64,000 nt of DNA, taken from an uncultured bacterium. GTDB taxonomy: Bacteria; Chloroflexota; UBA5177; JANWHV01. The position numbers and the translations under genes were made by a program. The notes below the pieces were generated by a model. It ran no database searches. It had not been told where the DNA came from and saw nothing but the letters and a program-made list of their open reading frames with translations. The DNA lies in NCBI GenBank assembly GCA_963827235.1, contig CAWHAE010000016.1, positions 832,001 to 896,000 of the forward strand. Reading direction: 5' to 3'. Shown here in pieces: positions 50,298 to 60,461 of the stretch (position 1 is its first letter; every line of letters begins with the position of its first letter).

Positions 50298-50406
50298 AGA
50301 CGCTGTTCCGGCGTTGCACAAGAGGGGAGGTAGTGCAGGCTCACCGAGGAGTCGCAAGGCCGCAGGAGATCGTCGAGGACGCCGTACTCAAAGGAGAATG
50401 AACGTA

Positions 50407-51795
50407 ATGACCACCGAGCATGATCCTGTACAAGACGCTGACGCATCGGGCACCGGCATACTCACACGCCGTACACTGCTCAAAGGGGCGGCCACCGCGG
50501 CAGGAGCGGCGCTGCTCGCGACGCCGCTCGCCACGAAGATAGCCGCCACGCCCGCGCTCGCTGCTCCAGCCTACCTTCCGCCCCCGGACGGCACGATCAC
50601 GATCTGGGATCGTGCGGGGGATCTTTTTCACGTGTTCGACGCGGTGATCCCCGCATTCAACAAGAAGTACCCGCGCATTAAGGTCAATCACGTTGCCGTG
50701 GACGTGGACTCCAAGCTTCCCACGACGCTCGCCACCGGGGTAGCCGTGCCGGACGGCGCATTCTATGAGGACAATAATCTGCCGGAGCAACGCGCGCACT
50801 TCTACGACATCACCGACTGGATCAAGCCGTACGTCAAGGACCTTGTGCCGTTCAAGGTCACCGTCAATAGCGACAGCAGTGGTCGTATCCTGGGTGTGCC
50901 CTGGGATCTTGATCCTGGCCTCCTGTATTATCGCGAGGATCTCTTGCAACAGGTTGGCGTCGACCCCGCGTCAATCGCGACCTACGATGACCTGTTCAAT
51001 GTCGCCCAGACCCTGAAGCAGAAGCTGGGCGCCAAGGTGAAGCCGATCCATCTGGAACAGGATCCGGGCCTCACGCTGCTGTGGACGGAAATGTTCGCCA
51101 ATCAGCAGGGTGTGAGCATGGTGGACACCAGGGGCAAGCTCACCATCAACACAGGCCCGTATCTCAAGATCATGCAGTGGTACAAGAAAGTGAGCGATGC
51201 CGGTCTGGGAACGCATGCGGTCTATACTGGACCCGGCGATCTCGCCGCGCTCGACAGCGGTCAGGAGGCCCTCTACCCCTGGGCTATCTGGTACTCGTAT
51301 GCACCGCAGTTCCAGCTCAAGAAGACGAAGGGCCTGTGGCGCGCCATGCCGCTGCCGGCATGGACCCCGGGCGGAGCACGCGGCGCCGTGATGGGCGGCA
51401 GCTCGTTCATCATTCCCAAACAGGCCAAGAATCCCTATCTGGCCTGGCTCTGGTTTGAGTTCCTCACTATGCAACCGCAGGGCTATGCCGCGGTCTATGG
51501 CCCCAACAAGCTCTATCCGGGTGGCCTCAACACGTCCATGCCCTCGTACCTGCCGGCTCTGGAACACCAGCTTTTCAAGAATGTGCCGGCCCTGGGCGGG
51601 CAGAACCTTTGGCAGGTGGCCTACAGTACCGTGAACTCGATTCCCGGCACCTACTATTACCCCACCTGGTACAACCAGGCCGCTTCATACTTCGGTGCCA
51701 ATATCCAACGCCTTCTCGCTGGGTCGATGACGCCTCAACAGGTGCTCACGCAGTCCTCCAGCCAGATCCAGCAGAATCTGGTCAATCGAGCCTGA
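50407..51795 (+). CDS. Sugar ABC solute-binding protein (AraN-like), Tat signal
   Basis: LTRRTLLKGAATAAGAALLA; LYYREDLL, WRAMPLPAW, GGSSFIIP. Confidence 0.92.
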   Translation: MTTEHDPVQDADASGTGILTRRTLLKGAATAAGAALLATPLATKIAATPALAAPAYLPPPDGTITIWDRAGDLFHVFDAVIPAFNKKYPRIKVNHVAVDVDSKLPTTLATGVAVPDGAFYEDNNLPEQRAHFYDITDWIKPYVKDLVPFKVTVNSDSSGRILGVPWDLDPGLLYYREDLLQQVGVDPASIATYDDLFNVAQTLKQKLGAKVKPIHLEQDPGLTLLWTEMFANQQGVSMVDTRGKLTINTGPYLKIMQWYKKVSDAGLGTHAVYTGPGDLAALDSGQEALYPWAIWYSYAPQFQLKKTKGLWRAMPLPAWTPGGARGAVMGGSSFIIPKQAKNPYLAWLWFEFLTMQPQGYAAVYGPNKLYPGGLNTSMPSYLPALEHQLFKNVPALGGQNLWQVAYSTVNSIPGTYYYPTWYNQAASYFGANIQRLLAGSMTPQQVLTQSSSQIQQNLVNRA

Positions 51796-51805
51796 GAGTG
51801 AGCAG

Positions 51806-51844
51806 GGAAGCCGGCCACGTCGTGCGGCGACGCGGCCGGCTTCC
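51806..51844 (+). terminator. Stem-loop after the solute-binding protein gene
   Basis: GGAAGCCGGCCACGTCG-N5-CGACGCGGCCGGCTTCC. Confidence 0.65.
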
Positions 51845-51864
51845 TCTGGAACCAGGAGTCGGCC

Positions 51865-52791
51865 ATGCACCGAGTCGAAGCGCTCAACCGTCCGTCGTCG
51901 GCAACAGGCTACGCAGGTCTGCGCAGGTGGCTGGGAGGCAGCTACGCCCCCTATCTGTTCATTGCCCCGTTCTTCATCCTGTTTGCCTGCTTCAGTCTCT
52001 ATCCGCTGCTGTATGCGCTGCGGCTGAGCTTCACCTATTGGCATGGCGCGGGCGTACCGCGGTGGATCGGGTTGAGCAACTATACCTATCTGTTGACCAA
52101 CACCTTCTTTTGGCAATCCATCGCCACTTCAGGCGTGATCTGGCTGCTGATCGTCCCTGGACAAACGATCTTCGCCATCCTGGCGGCCGTCGTATTGTCG
52201 GGCCAGGGCCTGCGCTTCCGCTGGTTCTTCCGCACCGCCTTTCTCACTCCCTATGTCGTGCCGCTTGTCGCCGTGGCCCAGGTCTGGCTCATACTCTTTG
52301 ACCAGGAATTCGGCGCGATAAACACGTTGCTTCAACTCGTGCATCTGCCTGCCGTGGGTTGGTTGACCGACGCGTCGTGGGCCAAGCCTACCCTGGCGCT
52401 TCTAGTCCTCTGGAAGAGCAGCGGCTTCGCGATCGTGATCATGCTGGCGTCGCTGCAGAGCATCCCGCAAGAGCTCTACGAGGCGGCGGTGATCGATGGG
52501 GCAGGTGCCCAGGCACAGTTCTGGCGTATCACGGTGCCGCTCCTCCGGCCCGCCATTAGCTTCTTCATCATCATCTCCACGCTGAATGTGATTCAGATGT
52601 TCGCCGAGCCCTATGTGCTTACGCAGGGTGGACCGTTTAACTCGACCACCACGGCCGGTTATCTCCTGTACAGCTACATCCAGAATGCCGACTACGGCAC
52701 AGGTGCCGCGAATTCGTTCTTGCTCATGGTGCTGGTCGTGATGGTGGCACTGGTGTTGCTACGACTACTGCGCACCACCGAGGAGGCATAA
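51865..52791 (+). CDS. Carbohydrate ABC permease (MalF-like)
   Basis: WIGLSNY; IPQELYEAAVIDGA. Confidence 0.93.
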   Translation: MHRVEALNRPSSATGYAGLRRWLGGSYAPYLFIAPFFILFACFSLYPLLYALRLSFTYWHGAGVPRWIGLSNYTYLLTNTFFWQSIATSGVIWLLIVPGQTIFAILAAVVLSGQGLRFRWFFRTAFLTPYVVPLVAVAQVWLILFDQEFGAINTLLQLVHLPAVGWLTDASWAKPTLALLVLWKSSGFAIVIMLASLQSIPQELYEAAVIDGAGAQAQFWRITVPLLRPAISFFIIISTLNVIQMFAEPYVLTQGGPFNSTTTAGYLLYSYIQNADYGTGAANSFLLMVLVVMVALVLLRLLRTTEEA

Positions 52792-53688
52792 GTGGAATCA
52801 GCCGTGGCTCTTTCCCCGCACCGGCGACGCCAGCCTGCGGCGCGGCGCGCGGTCGGCGCGATTCTCCGCTACAGCTTCCTGCTCGTCGTCACGGTGCTGT
52901 TCCTCTACCCGCTGTTCTGGATGATCACGTCGTCGTTCAAACCCGGCGATGACATCGCCACTGCACCGCTGAGCCTGGACCTCGGGGCGTGGTCGACCGC
53001 CAATTATGGCGGGGTGCTCTCGGCAGTGCCCCTGGGTATCGGCTTCAAGAACACCGCGATTGTAGTGCTCTGCAAGGGCGCGATGACGCTTTTCTTCTGT
53101 CCACTTGCCGGCTTCGCCTTTGCCAAGTATCGCTTCCGCGGACGAAATGCCCTGTTTACCTTCATGCTTGCGACGATGATGCTGCCGCCCATCATCTTCC
53201 TGATCCCGCTTCTGCTGGAAATGGGAGTGCTCGACTGGGTGAACACCTATCAGGCGCTGATCTTCCCCGGCGCCGTGGGCGCGTTCTATATCTTCTGGAT
53301 GCGCCAGCAGATCGCGGACCTCCCCGATGAGCTGCTCGACGCCGGTCGCATCGATGGCTGCGGCGCATTCGGCCTCTATTGGCGGATCGTGCTGCCCGTG
53401 ATCCGCCCCGCGTTTGCGGCGCTGGCCATCCTGACGTTTCTTGACATCTACAACGACTTCGTCTGGCCGGTGGTCGTGCTCAATACCAACGACATGCAGA
53501 CGCTCCAGGTGATGCTCTCCGAACTGTACACCACGATCAACAATGCCCAGGTGGGCACGACCGGCCAGAACGCCTGGGGTGAGGTGCTCGCCGCCAGCAC
53601 GGTAGCTACCGTGCCGGTGCTCGTACTGTTCGTGTCGCTGCAGCGCTACTTCATCCGTGGCGTGCTGGCCGGCAGCGTGAAAGCCTGA
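52792..53688 (+). CDS. Carbohydrate ABC permease (MalG-like)
   Basis: LPDELLDAGRIDG; YNDFVWP; GVLAGSVKA. Confidence 0.93.
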   Translation: MESAVALSPHRRRQPAARRAVGAILRYSFLLVVTVLFLYPLFWMITSSFKPGDDIATAPLSLDLGAWSTANYGGVLSAVPLGIGFKNTAIVVLCKGAMTLFFCPLAGFAFAKYRFRGRNALFTFMLATMMLPPIIFLIPLLLEMGVLDWVNTYQALIFPGAVGAFYIFWMRQQIADLPDELLDAGRIDGCGAFGLYWRIVLPVIRPAFAALAILTFLDIYNDFVWPVVVLNTNDMQTLQVMLSELYTTINNAQVGTTGQNAWGEVLAASTVATVPVLVLFVSLQRYFIRGVLAGSVKA

Positions 53689-53736
53689 GGTCCGGCGGCG
53701 TAAGCCTGCATACGGGGAAGGAAAGAAGACGAGTCC

Positions 53737-54948
53737 ATGCTATTCGATTGCCCTCGCCGGCGAATGCGCGCACTGTTGCTTTGCACAGCTCTCCTTCTCA
53801 GCCTCGCGGGGCATGCCGTGGTGGACTGCTCACTTGGTGCACGTGCCGGGGCAGCATCCGCCGGTCAGGAGGTGTACACTCCCGCCGACCCCGGCCAATT
53901 TGCCGGCTACCCGCGCGTGATCCGGCTGGAGCACAATGGCAGCGCCGACGGCGATCTCCTGGCCGCGTTCGACATCTTTACGAGTGGGCACGATAGCATC
54001 CTGCTGTATGCCAGTAAGGACGGTGGCCGAGCCTGGAGCCCCCACGCCCAGCTTGACGAGGCGGCATACGGGGGACGCATGTGTTGTGAGACCCTCTTCG
54101 AGCTGCCGCTGCGTCTGGGCACCCAGCCCGCCGGCACACTCCTGCTCGCCGAGTCGGCCGGCGCCGCGGGTGACATAGGCCACGCAATCCGCATATTTCA
54201 CAGCGTAGACCAGGGACGGCACTGGACGTACTTCAGCACCGCCGCTTCCGGCGCCGGCGGCGTGTGGGAGCCTGAGTTTGCAATCGACCGGGCCGGACAC
54301 CTGGTCTGCTATTTCTCCGACGAGCGTCAGGCCACCTATAGCCAGTTCCTGGGCCAGGTTGCCTCTATCGACGGCGGTCGCACCTGGGGACCGGAGCATG
54401 CCGACGTTGCCGTCCCAGATGGCTTCTCGCGGCCCGGCATGGCCACGGTGGTCCGGCTGCCGTCCGGCAGCTACGTCATGAGCTTCGAAGTCTGCGGTCG
54501 CAGCAACTGCGAGGTCCATGTAAAAACATCTTTCAACGGCGACTCGTGGGGCTCCCCCGCCGACCTGGGACCGCGAGTACAGACCACACGTGGACTCTAC
54601 GCCGGCCATACACCGTATCTGACCTGGACTCCGACCGGCGGCCCACGGGGCACGCTGGTGTTGGCCGCACAGGATCTCTTCACACCCGATGATCTGGAAG
54701 CGCCGCAGAGCCGGGACCTGCTGCTGATCAATCGCCGCGCAGGGATCGGTCCCTGGACACCGATCGCGGCACCCGTGCGCGTCTCCCACGGTGGACCTCA
54801 ATGTGCCAACTATAGCTCCGCGCTCCTGCCCTCGCACTCCGGTTCGGACCTTCTCATGGTCGCCGCCGTGGGCCTGGACGCGGGCGGCTGCGCTATCGAG
54901 GCACGAACCGCGCAACGCGCCTTCATTTCCCCTGGTAGTGCTACCTAG
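53737..54948 (+). CDS. Secreted sialidase-fold glycosidase (GH93 exo-arabinanase-like)
   Basis: YPRVIRLEH; Asp-boxes SKDGGRAW, SVDQGRHW, SIDGGRTW; VWEPEF, FSDERQ, RPGM; arabinan gene context. Confidence 0.75.
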   Translation: MLFDCPRRRMRALLLCTALLLSLAGHAVVDCSLGARAGAASAGQEVYTPADPGQFAGYPRVIRLEHNGSADGDLLAAFDIFTSGHDSILLYASKDGGRAWSPHAQLDEAAYGGRMCCETLFELPLRLGTQPAGTLLLAESAGAAGDIGHAIRIFHSVDQGRHWTYFSTAASGAGGVWEPEFAIDRAGHLVCYFSDERQATYSQFLGQVASIDGGRTWGPEHADVAVPDGFSRPGMATVVRLPSGSYVMSFEVCGRSNCEVHVKTSFNGDSWGSPADLGPRVQTTRGLYAGHTPYLTWTPTGGPRGTLVLAAQDLFTPDDLEAPQSRDLLLINRRAGIGPWTPIAAPVRVSHGGPQCANYSSALLPSHSGSDLLMVAAVGLDAGGCAIEARTAQRAFISPGSAT

Positions 54949-54988
54949 GCGCCCGACCGGGGTCACTGCAGAAAGGATGCCCTCTTTC

Positions 54989-57061
54989 ATGGATACGCAC
55001 CGTGCCTATCCACGGCCGCATTTCGATCGTTCCCACCGCTGGCTCGATCTTCGCGGCACGTGGGATTTCGCGCCCGATCCGCAGAATGGCGGACTCGATG
55101 CCGGGTGGTACCTGCCCGATCATCGGGCATGGCCTGCCAAGATCCAGGTTCCGTTTGCCTGGGAAACACCGCTCTCTGGCATCGGCCAGGAGTGGCTGCC
55201 GATCGGCTGGTACCATCGGCGCATCGAGCGTCCGCGGGACTGGGCGGTGGAGCGCACAGTGCTCCATTTCGGGGCTGCCCACTACTCCTGTGAGGTCTGG
55301 CTGAACGGGCAGCCGATCGGTACCCACGCCGGAGGGTATCTGCCCTTCTCCTTCGATGTCACCGACTCGCTCGAGGGCGGGGCTGGCGACCTCGTCGTGC
55401 GCATCGAGGCACCGCTGGACAAACTCGCCCTTCCACATGGTAAACAGCGCAGCCGTCCTGCGGATGACTATGATGGAGTGTGCTTTACCGCCACCAGCGG
55501 GATCTGGCAGCCGGTCTGGATGGAGGGGCGGCCCGCTTCGTATGTCGACGGGCTTGCCCTGCGCTCCGGTCCGGATCTCGCCAGCATTGAGGCGGACGTC
55601 AGACTGACCGGCCTGCACCTGGGGACCGCAACGCTCGTGTTACAGGTGGCCGGCGAGGCGGATGCGTGCATCATCCCAGTGCAGGGCCGCACGGAGTTGA
55701 GCGTGCGCCTGCCCATTACGGCTCCCCGGCTGTGGTCGCCGCGCGACCCGCATCTATACGACGTGCTGGTGCGGCTGGAGAGTGCGGCGGGCGAGGATCG
55801 GGTCCGCGGTTACACAGGCCTGCGGTCGATCGCGGCGGACGGTTGCCATCTCCTGCTCAATGGCGATCGCCTGTTCGTGCGCGGTGTGCTTGACCAGGGC
55901 TACTGGCACCGGGGCGGCTACACAGCTCCCGATGACGAAGCATTGCGGCGGGATGTGGAGTTGACGCTCGCCGCCGGCTACAACTTGGCGCGCAAGCATA
56001 TCAAGCTGGAGGACCCGCGCTGGCTGTATTGGGCAGATCGGCTTGGCCTGCTGGTCTGGGAAGAACCACCCTGCGTGAGCCGCTATGGAGCGGAGGCTCT
56101 CGTTCGCTTTGAGAGCCAGCTGGCCCCTATGGTCGCGCGGGACGGCAATCACCCCTGCATCGTCCTCTGGGGCATCTACAACGAGGAATGGGGCCTGGAC
56201 TGGCGCAGTGCCGAGGACCCCGAGAAACAGGACGCAGTGATTCGTGCCTACACCCTGCTCCGGTCCGCGGATACCAGCCGTCCTATTATCGATGATTCGG
56301 GCTGGTGGCATGTCAAGACCGATGTGCTCGACTGGCACTACTATGACGACAACCTACGACGGTGGCGCGAACTGACTGCCGCCCTGGCACTCGATGCCGC
56401 CACCTGGTTTGGACACCAGCTCGGACCCGATCACTGGTATGAGACGCAGATGAGTGTGCCTGGCCGGAACCATCGCGACCTTCCGCTGCTAAACGGCGAA
56501 TACGGTGGAGGGTACACTCCCCGCGAGCGGGGCTGGCACCTGCGCTGGCAGACGCAGGAACTGCGCCGCCACGACGCGATCAGCGGCTATATCTATACGG
56601 AACTTTATGACGTGGAGCACGAGCTGTGCGGCGTCTACACGTCCGAGCGTGCGCGCAAGGACCTTGGCTGCGAGCCGGCCGCGGTCAACGCCGAGACGAC
56701 ACTCCTCTTCGACCTCGTGCCGATTCGGCCGGGATGCGATCTAGTGGCACCGGCGGGGACAATTGACGTCAGAGTGCAGATCTCGCACCATGGGCTTGGG
56801 ACGCTTACAGGCACGATGGCCTGGGCATGGGAGGGCGACCGGCGGGATCCTCATGCAAGGCTCCCTGTCACGGTGTTGCCCTTCGTGCTTACGGACCCGA
56901 TAGCGATCCGCTGCACCGTCCCAGAGGCTGCGACCGAGACGCGACTGGCAGTTTGGGTTTGCGACGAAAGCGGTCGGTGCCGTGCGTCAGCGTTCCTGGA
57001 CGTGGTGGGTCTTCCGCCTACGGCGGGCAACCCGGACATGCCTGGGGGAACTGGGAGATAA
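54989..57061 (+). CDS. Glycoside hydrolase family 2
   Basis: YPRPHF, LHFGAA, HAGGYLPF, HGKQ, SGIWQPVW, LDQGYW, RKHIK, YNEEWG, NGEYGG. Confidence 0.92.
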   Translation: MDTHRAYPRPHFDRSHRWLDLRGTWDFAPDPQNGGLDAGWYLPDHRAWPAKIQVPFAWETPLSGIGQEWLPIGWYHRRIERPRDWAVERTVLHFGAAHYSCEVWLNGQPIGTHAGGYLPFSFDVTDSLEGGAGDLVVRIEAPLDKLALPHGKQRSRPADDYDGVCFTATSGIWQPVWMEGRPASYVDGLALRSGPDLASIEADVRLTGLHLGTATLVLQVAGEADACIIPVQGRTELSVRLPITAPRLWSPRDPHLYDVLVRLESAAGEDRVRGYTGLRSIAADGCHLLLNGDRLFVRGVLDQGYWHRGGYTAPDDEALRRDVELTLAAGYNLARKHIKLEDPRWLYWADRLGLLVWEEPPCVSRYGAEALVRFESQLAPMVARDGNHPCIVLWGIYNEEWGLDWRSAEDPEKQDAVIRAYTLLRSADTSRPIIDDSGWWHVKTDVLDWHYYDDNLRRWRELTAALALDAATWFGHQLGPDHWYETQMSVPGRNHRDLPLLNGEYGGGYTPRERGWHLRWQTQELRRHDAISGYIYTELYDVEHELCGVYTSERARKDLGCEPAAVNAETTLLFDLVPIRPGCDLVAPAGTIDVRVQISHHGLGTLTGTMAWAWEGDRRDPHARLPVTVLPFVLTDPIAIRCTVPEAATETRLAVWVCDESGRCRASAFLDVVGLPPTAGNPDMPGGTGR

Positions 57062-57067
57062 CAACCC

Positions 57068-58534
57068 TTGAGCCCAACCATTACCATCGACCCCACGGCG
57101 ACTATCGGGCGAATCAACCCCAACCTCTTTGGGTACTTCGTGGAACACCTGGGGCGCAGCGTCTATGGTGGCATCTACGAGCCCGGATCACCGCGTGCGG
57201 GTGCAGACGGATTTCGTCTCGACGTGCTTGAGGCCGCCCGAGAGCTTGCCCCCACTACGGTCCGCTATCCAGGGGGTAACTTCGTGTCCGGCTATCACTG
57301 GCGCGACGGGGTGGGACCGCGCGAGAAGCGACCGGTCCGCTCTGAACATGCCTGGAAAGCGGTTGAGTCGAACACGTTTGGTACCCACGAGTTCATGACC
57401 TGGGCGCGGCGTCTTGGCACGGTCCCCTATCTCTGCGTCAACCTGGGTAACGGCACGCCCGAGGAAGCAGCCGGGTGGCTGGAGTACTGCAACGGCACTG
57501 TCGACACGTCCCTGACGAGGCTTCGCGCGGCGAACGGTGCCCGCGAGCCCTTCAATGTGCCAATCTGGGGTCTTGGCAACGAATTGTATGGCTCCTGGCA
57601 GATCGGCTGCAAGAGTGCGGCAGCCTACGCAGAGGTGGCACTGGAAGCGGCACGGCGCATGCGGGAGATTGATCCATCGGTGCAGCTCGTCGCGTGTGGC
57701 TGGGAAAACAGCTCCACCTGGAATGCTACCGTTCTCGACACGCTGGTTCCAGCCGTCGACTATCTCTCCCTGCACCTTTACATAGGTCGTGATGACTATG
57801 CCACTGCCATGGCGCAGCCGTTGCTGCTCGAGCAGTTGAGCCGCTGGCACGCCGGCCTGGCACGCCTCGTCTGCCGTGAACATGGGTTGACCAAGACAAT
57901 CCCTCTGGCCTGGGATGAGTGGAATGTGTGGTTCAGCGAGCAGAGCAGCCCAGTCGCAGGCAAAGAGATCTACACGCTCCGCGACGCGCTGGCGGTTGCC
58001 GGATGCCTCAATGCCCTGCTGCGCTGCGCCGATGTCGTGTCCCTTGCTAACCTGGCGATGTTAGTCAACGTGATCGCCCCTATCTATACGGACACGCAAG
58101 GGCTCTTCCGCCAGACAATCTATTGGCCACTGGCGGTCTATCGCCGGATGGCCGGCTGGCGCTCAATCCGTCCATCGGTCCACTGCGACGGGTACCGAGC
58201 ACAGTACGCGTTCCGCGGCTGGTCGATCGATGAAGAGATTCCCTACCTGGACGTCGCGGCCGCGCTCGCCCCCGATGAACGAACGCTCATGCTCGGCGTA
58301 GTCAACCGTCACGCCGACGCGACAATCGATGCCGAGCTGCTGTTGGGCGACCTACGGCCCACCGCCGCGTGCTTGGCAGAGACGGTCGATGGCCCAGACG
58401 TAGGCTCGTACAACAGCATGGAGCAACCCGACACGGTCGCAGTAACACGCACTACCTGGTCTGCCGGCGCCCACGCACCGCGCTACACCTTTCCGCCGCA
58501 CACGCTGACCATGCTGACCATGCCGCTCGGGTAG
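57068..58534 (+). CDS. abfA: Alpha-L-arabinofuranosidase (GH51)
   Basis: FVEHLGRSVYGG, RYPGGNFVSGY, WGLGNE, WDEWNVW, LVNVIAPI. Confidence 0.93.
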   Translation: MSPTITIDPTATIGRINPNLFGYFVEHLGRSVYGGIYEPGSPRAGADGFRLDVLEAARELAPTTVRYPGGNFVSGYHWRDGVGPREKRPVRSEHAWKAVESNTFGTHEFMTWARRLGTVPYLCVNLGNGTPEEAAGWLEYCNGTVDTSLTRLRAANGAREPFNVPIWGLGNELYGSWQIGCKSAAAYAEVALEAARRMREIDPSVQLVACGWENSSTWNATVLDTLVPAVDYLSLHLYIGRDDYATAMAQPLLLEQLSRWHAGLARLVCREHGLTKTIPLAWDEWNVWFSEQSSPVAGKEIYTLRDALAVAGCLNALLRCADVVSLANLAMLVNVIAPIYTDTQGLFRQTIYWPLAVYRRMAGWRSIRPSVHCDGYRAQYAFRGWSIDEEIPYLDVAAALAPDERTLMLGVVNRHADATIDAELLLGDLRPTAACLAETVDGPDVGSYNSMEQPDTVAVTRTTWSAGAHAPRYTFPPHTLTMLTMPLG

Positions 58535-58542
58535 ATCAGGTG

Positions 58543-60382
58543 GGGCGGACCTGAGATATGTGATCTCCTGTAGGCAGAGATCACGCGAAGCGCTTCTGGC
58601 AAACCGGCACGCGTCCCCAGTAGCCTTTGCCTTTGCCCCAGGGTTTGCCGTCCGCCTGGATGCGGCTGCGGCACTGGGGTGCGGTCGGCGAGGGGAGGGA
58701 CTCGTCTGGTGGCGTCGCTGTGGTTGGCACGGCGGGGCTGGCCGGTGGCGTGTGGGGAGTCTGGGTCGCGGCACGGGGCGGGGGTGCTGCCGCTGCCTGG
58801 GCCAGCGCGAGAGCGCGACAGAGCGGGCGCGACTGCCAGAGGGCGAACCAGCGGCCCGGCGAACGGTGCAAGGCGCGCAGGTTGGCCAGGGCATGGGCCC
58901 CGGGCTGTGTCCAGCGCATGCCTGCTTGCACGGCGCGCGCCTGGATGAGGTTCTTGACAGTACCCTCGATAGCCCCCGAGCCGATCGGGAGCAGGCGTGC
59001 GCGGAAGGCCGGGTAGTCCGCCCGCTGGGCATGGTCCGCCAGGTAGGCGCGGGTCAGCCGCAGGACCTTCGCCGCGGTGTGCTTGCGGGGGTGCAGTCGG
59101 TCCAACGCCGCCAGCACGGGGGCGACCCCTTGGTGGCGCAAGGCGTGGCACTGCTTGTCCAGCCACAGCTGGCCCACGTCACTCTCAGCGCCATAGATGG
59201 CGACGGCCACCTGCGCCAGGTGCTGGCTGGCATGGTAGAAGTCCAGGATTTCGATCACCTCCACGCCCGGCAAGCCCAACTGGCAGCGCGCCTGGTGCCA
59301 GATCCACTCGGCGCCGTCCGCCAGCACCACCACGCGCTTGAGGTGCCGGCCCAATCCCGCCCGCACCGCCTCGCGCACCAGCCGCGGCCAGAAGTCGTCG
59401 CAGGATTCCACACCCGCGCAGTAGCACGACGGTCCCAGGGCCAGATAGCGGTCGCCGCTGTCCGGGTCTGCCAGCAAGGTGGGTCCCGGCGGGGCCACCC
59501 GGCCCGCCTTCAGTTCGCTCCAGGCGCGGCGCAGGTGCACCATCCCCCCATCCAGCTCCACCACCAGCGTGTCCACGTCCGCCGGCGGCGCGGTCACCGG
59601 CACCGGCGACGCCGCCGCCTGGTCCGCATCGACTAGGTGGCCCAGCTGCTCGGTCACGCGCCGGAGCACCTCCTCGTCCACCTGCACCCCCAAATGCTCC
59701 TCCAGCAGACTGGCGCCATAGCCGAAGGGCGCCTCCAGCCCGTCCCGCGCCGCCACTCGCGCCAGCCCCGGCGTCAGCATCCCGCGGTCCAAGCCCCACA
59801 CCGCGTCCGCCGGCGCCTGCCCGACTCCGCAGGCCGCACAGTGAAAGTAGGGCCGCTGCAGCTGCACGTCCCCCACCAGCCCCACCAGCTGCCGCGCCCG
59901 CAGCCCCACCCGCCGCATCGGCTGGCCGCACCCGGCACACGGCGGGGCCACCGTCGGCACCTCGGCCGCCGCCCACGCCGCCAGGTCGCCCACCAGCAGC
60001 CCCCCGACCCGCCGTAAGAGCGCCTGCACCCGCACCTCGATGTTGCCCAGATCCGTGCCGCGTGCTTGCGCGTACAACGACCCCAGCCCCTCGTGCAGGA
60101 TCTGTCCCACTTCCGCCACCACCGCAGCCATGCGTTCGCTACGATCCACTACGTACCCTCGCCTAGGCACGGCTGTTGTGTTTGATTGCTTGGCCGTGCA
60201 AGCGTCGAGGGTACCTTATCGTCGCCCTCCGCTGCGCAGATCGCTGCCATCCGCAGCGCCCCACCGCGTGCGCCAGACACCACCTGCCGCCAAGCAGCCT
60301 GCGCTGGCCCCATCCACCGGCCTCCCCGTGCCCTCCCGGCTTCGCCCTTTCTCCCAGTTGATCACATCTTCCAGGTCCGCCC
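58543..60382 (-). mobile_element. ISKra4/ISLre2-type (prokaryotic Mutator-like) insertion sequence, 1840 bp
   Basis: TIRs GGGCGGACCTG-N4-ATGTGATC at 58543-58565 and 60360-60382 (19/23 identical); flanking 10-bp direct repeat AGATCAGGTG at 58533-58542 and 60383-60392; higher GC than the flanks. Confidence 0.92.
58581..60170 (-). CDS. ISKra4-family DDE transposase
   Basis: CxxC...CxxC N-terminus; VELDG, LADGAEWIW, LDFYHASQHL, IGSGAIEG, GMRW. Confidence 0.9.
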   Translation of the reverse strand: MPRRGYVVDRSERMAAVVAEVGQILHEGLGSLYAQARGTDLGNIEVRVQALLRRVGGLLVGDLAAWAAAEVPTVAPPCAGCGQPMRRVGLRARQLVGLVGDVQLQRPYFHCAACGVGQAPADAVWGLDRGMLTPGLARVAARDGLEAPFGYGASLLEEHLGVQVDEEVLRRVTEQLGHLVDADQAAASPVPVTAPPADVDTLVVELDGGMVHLRRAWSELKAGRVAPPGPTLLADPDSGDRYLALGPSCYCAGVESCDDFWPRLVREAVRAGLGRHLKRVVVLADGAEWIWHQARCQLGLPGVEVIEILDFYHASQHLAQVAVAIYGAESDVGQLWLDKQCHALRHQGVAPVLAALDRLHPRKHTAAKVLRLTRAYLADHAQRADYPAFRARLLPIGSGAIEGTVKNLIQARAVQAGMRWTQPGAHALANLRALHRSPGRWFALWQSRPLCRALALAQAAAAPPPRAATQTPHTPPASPAVPTTATPPDESLPSPTAPQCRSRIQADGKPWGKGKGYWGRVPVCQKRFA

Positions 60383-60398
60383 AGATCAGGTGCCACGC

Positions 60399-60427
60399 TT
60401 GCCGCTGCCTGTGGGCTCAGCTACGCT
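60399..60427 (+). promoter_or_regulatory. Putative sigma70 promoter of the GNAT gene
   Basis: TTGCCG-N17-TACGCT, 34 nt before ATG 60462. Confidence 0.5.
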
Positions 60428-60461
60428 ATGCATGGTGGTACGTCGCCAGAGCGGTACCGGG

